A stretch of DNA of 33,252 nucleotides from Nemertoderma westbladi (Eukaryota > Animalia > Xenacoelomorpha). The position numbers and the translations under genes were made by a program. Under the pieces are notes generated by a model. That model was given only the letters and a program-made list of their open reading frames with translations. It did not search any database and was not told the origin of the DNA. Shown here piece by piece: positions 22,904 to 31,731 of the stretch; position 1 is the stretch's first letter, and each line of letters opens with the position of its first letter. Location: assembly GCA_032718475.1 (NCBI GenBank), contig JAUCBJ010000017.1:1-33252 (forward strand), given 5' to 3'.

Positions 22904-24801
22904 CAGAAACTCCAATAAAACCTTGTCGATTTCTGGGTACCGGACACCGGTACTGGTACCGGTATTCAGAAACTCCAATAAAACCTTGTCGCTATCTGGG
23001 TACCGGTACTGGTACCGGTATTCCGAAAAAACAATAAAACCTTGTCGATTTATGGGTACTGGTACCGGTATTCAGAAACTCCAATAAAACCGTGTCGATT
23101 TCTGGGTACCGGTACTGGTACCGGTATTCAGAAACTCCAATAAAACCTTGTCGATCTCTGGGTACCGGTACTAGTACCGGTATTCAGAAACTCCAATAAG
23201 ACCTTGTCGATCTCTAGGTACCGGTACTGGTACCGGTATTCAGAAACTCCAATAAAACCTTGTCGATTTCTGGGTACCGGTATTCAGAAACTCCAATAAA
23301 ACCTTGTCGATCTCTGGGTACCGGTACTGGTACCGGTATCAAGAAACTCCAATAAAACCTTGTCGATTTCTGGGTACCGGTACTGGTACCGGTATTCAGA
23401 AACTCCAATAAAACCTTGTCGATCTCTGGGTACCGGTACTGGTACCGGTATTCAGAAACTCCAATAAAACCTTGTCGATTTCTGGGTACCGGACACCGGT
23501 ACTGGTACCGGTATTCAGAAACTCCAATAAAACCTTGTCGCTATCTGGGTACCGGTACTGGTACCGGTATTCCGAAAAAACAATAAAACCTTGTCGATTT
23601 ATGGGTACTGGTACCGGTATTCCGAAAAAACAATAAAACCGTGTCGATTTCTGGGTACCGGTACTGGTACCGGTATTCAGAAACTCCAATAAAACCTTGT
23701 CGATCTCTGGGTACCGGTACTGGTACCGGTATAAAGAAACTCCAATAAAACCTTGTCGATTTCTGGGTACCGGTACTGGTACCGGTATTCAGAAACTCCA
23801 ATAAAACCTTGTCGATTTCTGGGTACCGGTACCGGTATTCAGAAACTCCAATAAAACCTTGTCGCTATCTGGGTACCGGTACTGGTACCGGTATTCCGAA
23901 AAAACAATAAAACCGTGTCGATTTCTGGGTACCGGTACTGGTACCGGTATTCAGAAACTCCAATAAAACCTTGTCGATCTCTGGGTACCGGTACTGGTAC
24001 CGGTATCAAGAAACTCCAATAAAACCTTGTCGATTTCTGGGTACCGGTACCGGTATTCAGAAACTCCAATAAAACCTTGTCGATTTCTGGGTACCGGTAT
24101 TCAGAAACTCCAATAAAACCTTGTCGATTTCTGGGTACCGGTACTGGTACCGGTATTCAGAAACTCCAATAAAACCTTGTCGATCTCTGGTTACTAGTAC
24201 CGGTATTCAGAAACTCCAATAAAACCTTGTCGATTTCTGGGTACCGGTACTGGTACCGGTATTCAGAAACTCCAATAAAACCTTGTCGATTTCTGGGTAC
24301 CGGTACTGGTACCGGTATTCAGAAACTCCAATAAAACCTTGTCGATTTCTGGGTACCGGTATTCAGAAACTCCAATAAAACCTTGTCGATCTCTGGGTAC
24401 CGGTACTGGTACCGGTATTCAGAAACTCCAATAAAACCTTGTCAATTTCTGGGTACCGGTACTGGTACCGGTATTCAGCAACTCTAATAAAACCTTGTCG
24501 ATCTCTGGGTACCGGTACTGGTACCGGTATTCAGAAACTCCAATAAAACCTTGTCGATCTCTGGTTACTAGTACCGGTATTCAGAAACTCCAATAAAACC
24601 TTGTCGATCTTTGGGTACCGGTACTGGTACCGGTATTCATAAACTCCAATAAAACCTTGTCGATCTCTGGTTACTAGTACCGGCATTCAGAAACTCCAAT
24701 AAAACCTTGTCGATCTCTGGGTACCGGTACTGGTACCGGTATTCAGAAACTCCAATAAAACCTTGTCGATCTTTGGTTACTGGTACTGGTACCGGTATTC
24801 A
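22904..24801. repeat. ~56-bp minisatellite with a palindromic GGTACC/ACCGGT core, ~35 copies
   Basis: Consensus CAGAAACTCCAATAAAACCTTGTCGAT(T/C)TCTGGGTACCGGTACTGGTACCGGTATT. Length variants differ mostly by 6-bp GGTAC(C/T) subunits. Confidence 0.98.
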
Positions 24802-25202
24802 TTTTATTATAAAGTGGAACGATTGAGAATCTCAATAAATTCCTTGAAAAATAAATAAATATCTTTAATAAATTGGATAATTTATGCCAAATATTTAATA
24901 ACATTAATTTGCATTAATTCCGGAAGATAATATCTCAAATATTATCAATATATAATATAAATTATATTTAAATATTAATATACTATATCATTTTAACTTT
25001 AGGATAATATCGTCTGTTACTCTCTAGTACAGACAGGTAGAGATTTTCTAGAATTAATGTAAATAATGCCAATATTGGAAGTGAAGGGAATTGTCCAGTT
25101 GCAACAAGGAAACCATTACTGACGCATTTATCAAGGAATTTAATTCTATAAATATTACGAATAATTTAACCTTATCTACCCCCATTGAACACTAATACTA
25201 GA

Positions 25203-26291
25203 TCAGGGCAGCACGATAGTACTGCGTCTCTGTGCTACAGGCAGACCCCCGGTACCCCCGTCCATACTGGCACTGCGCACCAACCCGGCACCCTTAAACT
25301 GCTCCTCGCACACCCGGGAGGTCGCCTCCAACCTCTCGGCCCGCGCCCGATCCAACGGATGCATCGAGAACAGCAGGTTCTCGCGGTCCGCTAGCGAACG
25401 CAAGTCGAAGTAATACTTGGCGTAAACACTCCCGGGAACGTTTATGTTGAACTGCAGGAACTCGAGGAACTGCCGTTCCAAATCGTTCATATCCTCAACC
25501 GAAATCTCCTTGAGTATTTGGCAGAAGTCGACGTTCCAGACGGCCTGATCGTCCCAGACCTTGGAGGCCAACAGGACCGCCCCCAACACTATCCGCTTCC
25601 AGTTGGACGGCCCGATATCCGTCTCCGAGTAGTGCAGCAGTCGCTCCACGTAGACCAGCGTGATGATGGCGCACTCGGCGGTCAACTGGGCCTGTCCGAA
25701 CAAGGTCCGCACGAACCGGTAGATGTGTCGGTGTTCCGGCTCGTTGGTGGCGTAATCCGCGGGAACCGGGTCCCGGGACAACGGGTGGAGTTTCTCATCG
25801 AATATATCGATAGTCCGAGAGAGCCGGTCCCGTTTCTTTATGTGATAATAAACAGCCAACGCGACGCACTTCAACGTCGCCTTCAGGTTGGGTTGGCTGA
25901 CCGTGGAGTCATCTATATATATTGTGGAACAAGAGTTGCTGCGTTTTAGGCTGCGTTGCGAGACGGATATCGGCGGGTTTGAGTCCCGTCGACGCAGCTG
26001 GTCGCTGGCCGCCGCCATTAGGGTCACTGACCTGGTTATAAACATTGTGGATGCGGAGGGATGAACGGAGGGATCTCTCGAGGAATCCTCGGGCTCCCGG
26101 TCGCTGATGTGTTGCAGGTTGGCGGACTGCTCGCCGCCCCCGTCTGTCGGGATCAGAAGACTCGGGGTCCGTTGCTCCGCGACCTTGTACTGCTCCCCCT
26201 GACGGCGTTCGTGCGAACGACGACGGTTGCGTTCCGATTTGGTCCGCTCCGGCGGCGCCAGGGGGCAGCAGCAGCATTGTGCGTTACCCAT
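25203..26291 (-). CDS. CCNY: Cyclin Y, 362 aa, single coding exon
   Basis: Recognisable cyclin Y blocks: MGN..CC lipidation N-terminus, [112 protein letters not shown], and C-terminal RSAS. The ORF is uninterrupted from ATG to TGA. Confidence 0.97.
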   Translation of the reverse strand: MGNAQCCCCPLAPPERTKSERNRRRSHERRQGEQYKVAEQRTPSLLIPTDGGGEQSANLQHISDREPEDSSRDPSVHPSASTMFITRSVTLMAAASDQLRRRDSNPPISVSQRSLKRSNSCSTIYIDDSTVSQPNLKATLKCVALAVYYHIKKRDRLSRTIDIFDEKLHPLSRDPVPADYATNEPEHRHIYRFVRTLFGQAQLTAECAIITLVYVERLLHYSETDIGPSNWKRIVLGAVLLASKVWDDQAVWNVDFCQILKEISVEDMNDLERQFLEFLQFNINVPGSVYAKYYFDLRSLADRENLLFSMHPLDRARAERLEATSRVCEEQFKGAGLVRSASMDGGTGGLPVAQRRSTIVLP

Positions 26292-26312
26292 CTATATCGG
26301 AGAAAGATATAA
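26292..26312 (-). promoter_or_regulatory. Putative 3' splice acceptor immediately before the cyclin Y ATG
   Basis: Minus strand reads TTATATCTTTCTCCGATATAG|ATGGGT: a pyrimidine tract plus TAG abutting the start codon. Confidence 0.5.
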
Positions 26313-27600
26313 ATGCCGACACCAAATTAATTCCAGATAAGTAATTAATTCGCAGGCAATCTCAATAGCAAACAATCTCTATCACGGAAACCTCATATAT
26401 TTCAACTCATTAAAAACTTTCAATAAATAAACTACCGGTATATCACTCAGTAATCAGTATATACCTGTAGACCTATACCAGTATAATGCTATACAGATAT
26501 ATGAGGCCTAGTCGGTCCATTTAGATTGCAGATTGTAGAGCAGGAGCAGAGCGCTAATTCAGTTTTTTAAACCGGATTCCGGTTTGCAATCACAAGAAAG
26601 AAATATCAGATATATTTCCAAAACATACGAAAGCGTAAGCTAATAGGGCACAGTCTGACAGTGACCTGGCTGCCTGGTGACAGTAGGGTTTACTGTCAGA
26701 CAGTACAGCAGTAATAGGGGAAAGTGGGGGAATTAGAAACACGTTTTGGATGTAAAAAAATTAAAAGTGCCATCATTTCTACACAAGCATTCATAGAGGA
26801 AATATAACTATAGATTTGGAATCATGCATCTATCTACTAACAAAACAATGGAACATCCTATCTCGTCTGCCTATCACTATCTGGTAGTGACATGCAGACG
26901 AGATTTTTTTAAAGTCGAGATTGTTTCCATTTACCCCACAATGGTGTAAATGGAAACAGGGTTTGTCTCCCTCCCACCCAATAATTAAATTAGCCAGAAA
27001 TTCACATGTGGTAATTGGAATATTTCTAATTACCACATGGGAATGTAGATTAAATTGCGCACAATTTGATATATAACATGTCTATGTTGCCAGTTGCCAT
27101 GTTTAATATTTAAAGTGTTTCACAAACCTTCAAAAATTAACAGAGATCTGGAGATAAGCATGTTTGTGAATAAATGACACCCAGCAACAATATGGATATA
27201 TGAAAACTAATTATAGCTCTTTATATAACTAAATCAAACTTAATTTATTTAAATTAAAATGAATTAGCTTAACTTAAATTAAAATTAGAATTTCTTGTTA
27301 GTTCAGCACTGCCCCATTCCCGCTTTTCCTATTACCACCAGATATTGGGTCAATGTTTCCTCGTTGGCTTTTCCGAGAAAACATCTACGCACATGACCTA
27401 TATATATAATTCAGTAATTAGGATCACTATATTTAAGTTTCTTCTTCCCAGAGGGTACCCCCAGGAATTCCAAAGGTATATGCATGCATCCTCCCGAACC
27501 GAATAGTGGCATGACCACAGGAAATGGTGCTTAAGGCAGCAGATAAGATTCCATAGAGTATGACGCCCAGGCAACGCAGGCAGCCATGAAGTTTGCGTAA

Positions 27601-27826
27601 AATTGAGGGGAAGGAGCAGGTTACAGAGGCTGGCTTTTCTAACCCAAACAATACAGCAATAAACGGCCACTTTCCAAAATGAGGGAAAGGAACAGATTAC
27701 AGAGGCAGGCTTTTCTAACCAAAACAATAAACGGCCACTTTACCAATTGAGGGAAAGCAGCAGGTTACAGAGGTGGGCTTTTCTAACCAAAACAATAAAC
27801 GATCACTTTACCAATTGAGGGAAACC
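27601..27826. repeat. ~68-76-bp tandem repeat, 3+ degenerate copies, inside the TA-flanked element
   Basis: Repeated AATTGAGGGAAAG...GTTACAGAGG..GGCTTTTCTAACC.AAACAATAAACG..CACTTT. Confidence 0.9.
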
Positions 27827-28185
27827 ATAGCCTATGGTCAGACTTCTACTGTTCTAGTAGTCACTTGTCACATGGTCAGACTGTCAGTCAGTAGTCACTT
27901 TATAACCAAAAAAATCAGGCAGTCAAGCAAAAGGCAGATAACCGGTACCTACCAGCCTACGCCTGTGCTGTCCGCAGCTGTATGACAATTAGAAACTGTT
28001 GAAACGGACGGTCCCCAAAGTAACAGGAAACAGGACCAGCTAAAAAAATTAATGTTTCAAATTACCCCATGGCACCAAAATTTGACCATTTTTTAAATTA
28101 TGTTGAACAAACAAATTTTTAATTATGCTACTGGTATCATTTAATTAGGTTGTCTACTGAATAGATTACATAATACAGTAATAAG

Positions 28186-29446
28186 AGGTAGAATAAAACG
28201 TCTGTCCTTATCTGATCTGATCTGATCTGACAGCATCTGATCCTACAACCAATCAGGAGAAAGAAATATAATATTTACCTAACTGTCTGATAGGTACATA
28301 GCCAATAGCTGAATAGGAGATCACGTTTCAGGTTGCCTGTTACGTATCAGTATCATCATATGAAGTAGCAGTACAGGCATACCGGTATGCATCTAATGCA
28401 CAAAGGCGTGTTATTATATATTAAAAATGCGATATACAGTAGGATGAAGGATGGCGGGTATGAAAGTTGTGTGATTGTCCCAGCAAACATGCATAGTTTC
28501 AGATGTAAACAACTTTCGTAGATTTAGTTGGTGTTGAAACAGTAAACTTGTTTACACCCACCTTCTTACAAACCGTCCGACTGACTGATCAATAGATCAT
28601 CCCCCTCAAAAAATAAAGGACATCGCGCACGCGCATAAAACACTTAATAAAGATAAATTTAATAAAAAATATCGACCAATAATAAATCGACCGCAAAATG
28701 AAATCCTGGTATTCTTCACATGGGCGAAGAATACCAGACTTTCTGCCGTTTATTTCACTTTGCAGTTACCCCCATGTGAAGAATACCAGGTTTTCACCAA
28801 AAACACAGGTTACAGAAGGGCTGAATATAACCAAAACAATAAACGAATTAGTATATGTGCAGGTTATAAGACATAAATAAGCTCTATAATACACTCAATA
28901 AAGATAAATTAAAAAAGTAAAATCTTCAAATATAAAATTCCAATAAAAGTCGACCGAAAGGTGAAATCCTGGTATTCTTCACACGGGCGGTATTCTTCAC
29001 ATGGACCAGCACCAAAATTTGTCACCAGCCGCTAAAAACAAATTTAAAATTTCTAGCTTATTTTATTTGAATTCCTTTTAGTTCGTTTCAGTTAGTATTT
29101 TAGTTAGTATCGTTAGTTTCAGAGTGGGAGGTATTATATTGACCCCCCCCCCCCCCCCGGGTTTAAGGGGAATACCGGGGAAACTTCACATGCTGACATA
29201 GGCAGAAAGTCCAGTACTCATTTAGCTACCATTTAAGGATGCAAGTCAGAGATGCCTCGCTAAACCCTTCAAAACATTCGTGCCGAAACGAAAACTACCT
29301 TGGCCCCATGCCGGGGTTGAACCCACAACCTCCGAGAGATGTGAATTCAATATAACCACTACACCAAGGTGCGCTCTGAACCAGGTGGAACAAGTGTCAG
29401 ATACCGTCAGATCAGATCAGATAAGGACAGACGTTTTAGCCATCCT
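28186..29446. mobile_element. Nested non-autonomous TIR element with an 11-bp target-site duplication (Mutator-like by TSD length)
   Basis: AGG.....TAAAACGTCTGTCCTTATCTGATCTGATCTGA on the left matches TCAGATCAGATCAGATAAGGACAGACGTTTTA.....CCT on the right. ACAGTAATAAG lies directly outside both ends (28175-28185 and 29447-29457). Confidence 0.85.
29058..29373 (-). mobile_element. tRNA-derived SINE (~300 bp); 3' boundary approximate
   Basis: Minus strand: A box TGGTGTAGTGG (29366-29356), B box GGTTCAACCCC (29323-29313), body motif AGCTAAATGAGTAC (29227-29214), and an ACTAACT/A-rich simple-repeat tail near 29122-29058. Confidence 0.75.
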
Positions 29447-30576
29447 ACAGTAATAAGCTTTAAATTAAACTATTGCATAAGATAATTGGAATATGACATC
29501 GCTCACAATCCATTTGTGAAGTTGCAAAAAAATTATCGAAAATTTGATTTTTTTTCCATCTTTTATACAATCAGTCATTTGACAATGAAGAAGTGAAAAT
29601 AAACGCCATATTCCTATTGGAAAAATAATCACCAATAATTTATCTCAATAAACATCAAAATTTCAAGTCTATACATACTGACATAGTACAAAAGCATGCA
29701 TGTAGTAGCCATTTGCTTCTAATTACCCCATGTTTCTAATTCCCCCACCTTCCCCTACTGTAACACAGTAATAACAGTTTAAAAGGGCCTAATACAAATA
29801 CTGTAATACAGTAATATAATAATAGGCCCTAGACTTTGCAATAATTTCAGAACTTTACACCACAATATCTGTAGGCTATCCTCACGGTCACGGATCATGT
29901 GGGTGCGTGCGCGTGGTTCAAAAAGACTCTTTCTCTTTGGTCCAGTGGTCTGTTGGTCAGTTGGTGTTTATATAACAATGCAAAATTAAAAAACAAGTTG
30001 TGAAGTTTATATGACGATCACGATTACACCTACAAACGATGTTTTTTACAAACAGTTAACCAACATGGCAACATGCAGACTGGCAGACATGGTGCCAATA
30101 CAATAGGCGTGGTGCCAATCAACTGCCTACCGGTAACCGGCAGGACCGGTACCACTCAGCAATTACGCTATTATGTACGGTATCTCATAACAGCATAACT
30201 GAGCCTCGTGCAGCGCGAAGGCAACACGGACATGTTCCAGCTGTTTGAGTAATATCGCAGAAACGATGTTTAAACTGTACAAACGTCTCCCTCAAGCAAC
30301 TCAACGCACAATATACCCCAGTTCTGCAGTTTACTGTCAGACTGTCGTACTGCAGTACTGTCGAATTATTTCGAAGCAGCATAACCACAATTAATCTTTA
30401 GGTTATGAGCTGCATCTTAATGGGGAAAACAGGAAAAACAGTACCGGATGCCGATGCCGGACCGGTATCGGTACCATACCTGCATACTGCAGTAGCCTAT
30501 CCTGCTATCACACTGCAGCACTGTCTGACAGTCACAGTTCACAGTACAGCAGTATCAAGGCTGCAAGGGGTAAAAC

Positions 30577-30751
30577 GAACTTAGATCCTGCAAGGCCAGA
30601 CTTTGATGAACTTAGATCTTTGCGAACTTAGATCCTAACTAGGTAAACTTAGATCCTAACTAGGTGAACTTAGATCCTAACTAGGTGAAATTCCTATCTG
30701 GGTGAACTTAGATCCTAACTAGGTGGACTTAGATTCTAACTAGGTGAACTT
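30577..30751. repeat. 21-bp tandem repeat, ~8 partly degenerate copies
   Basis: GGTGAACTTAGATCCTAACTA units; the core GAACTTAGATC recurs from 30577. Confidence 0.9.
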
Positions 30752-31520
30752 TGAGGTCTTTAAAATACCTGAGTGTTTAAAGCTCATCTATCCCATCATA
30801 GTAGACATGTACCGAACAACAAGAGTCCCACAAGAAATGAAAACAAATAAGTTGGTGCCAGTTCCCAAGAAGGGCAACCTAACATTCTATGGTTCTTTTC
30901 GGGGAATCTCATTGATCTCGATTGCTGCAAAGCTATACGTATACAATAGGATTCTATTAAATCGCATCAGGGTTCCCATTGAGAGACTGCTCCGTAGAAA
31001 TCAGAATGGGTTCCGTAAAGGTCGTGGGACCATGGAGCCCATTTTGGCACTTAGAAGGATAATTGAAGAATTATCAAAAAAGAAAGACAGGGCTGTTATC
31101 TTTGTTGACTTCTTCAAGGCCTTTGATTCAGTCTCTCGCTCATGTATGTTCAGCATACTATATGGGATTCCTGATGAAATTATTGCAGCAATCAGATCAG
31201 TATACGATGATTAGACAACATTTGTGTCTACTGTTGACGGTGACACAGAACCATTTCAAGTGTTATGGGGCGTCCTCCAAGGAGACACACTTGCACCATT
31301 CTTGTTCATTATTGTGGTTGACTATGTTCTACGCATGTCCTTAGATCATCATAATGAAGATGGGGTGATGATAACTCTACCTACTGGCTCCAGAAGTCGA
31401 GGAAATCCTGCCAAGTACCTAACTGATCTAGACTTTGCTGATGACTTAGGAGTACTCTCAGAATGATTAGAGGGAGCCCAACGGCTCCTCAGCTCATTAG
31501 AACATGCTGCTTCTACAGTC
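30752..31520 (+). pseudogene. Degraded RTE-clade LINE reverse transcriptase fragment, truncated at both ends
   Basis: Motifs PVPKKG, FRGISL, NQNGFRKGR, FVDFFKAFDSV, GVLQGDTLAPFLF and LDFADDL lie in one frame. In-frame stops occur at 31212 and 31464, and homology stops shortly after the FADD motif. Confidence 0.92.
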
Positions 31521-31539
31521 CCGCTCTCAAAAAGCATTC

Positions 31540-31600
31540 CTTTGATCAAACATTGATCAAACTTTGATCAAACATTGATCAAAGTTTGATCAAATATTGA
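31540..31600. repeat. 11-bp tandem repeat of the palindrome TTGATCAA (5+ copies)
   Basis: CTTTGATCAAA CATTGATCAAA CTTTGATCAAA CATTGATCAAA GTTTGATCAAA TATTGA. Confidence 0.9.
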
Positions 31601-31696
31601 AATGAACCAGGCTTATAAATCCTGCCATTGAGTTCTACCAAAGGCGCTGCACTTCAAAGTCTAGATTCCCACTGAGCTGTGTGTCAATCAAACAGC

Positions 31697-31731
31697 CCTC
31701 TCTCTCTCTCTCTCGCTCTCCCTGTGTGTGT
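31697..31731. repeat. Short compound (CT)n/(GT)n microsatellite
   Basis: CTCTCTCTCTCTCTCTCGCTCTCCCTGTGTGTGT read directly. Confidence 0.8.

Larger units (their letters stand above)
26717..29755. mobile_element. Non-autonomous TIR DNA transposon with TA target duplication (Tc1/mariner-pogo type), ~3.0 kb including nested insertions
   Basis: TA|GGGGAAAGTGGGGGAATTAGAAACA ... TGTTTCTAATTCCCCCACCTTCCCC|TA gives a 25-bp TIR with 1 mismatch. TIR-related motifs recur internally at 26922-26958, 27005-27039, 28053-28068 and 29714-29729. There is no transposase ORF. Confidence 0.85.

Noticed and set aside
22796-24069. Short ORFs with GTGT/PVPV repeats
   Set aside because: They are translations of the 56-bp satellite.
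25185-26312. ORFs overlapping cyclin Y on the opposite strand or in another frame
   Set aside because: These are shadow ORFs expected in GC-rich coding DNA, with no recognisable domains.
29240-29300. Second hammerhead near GCCGAAACG in the other SINE
   Set aside because: There is no CUGANGA box at the required position on either strand. The CTGATGA matches at 2151, ~31171 and ~31438 lie in LINE coding sequence and lack helix II and GAAA.
30636-30745. Telomeric TTAGG repeats on the minus strand
   Set aside because: TTAGG occurs once per 21-bp unit, not as a tandem telomeric tract.
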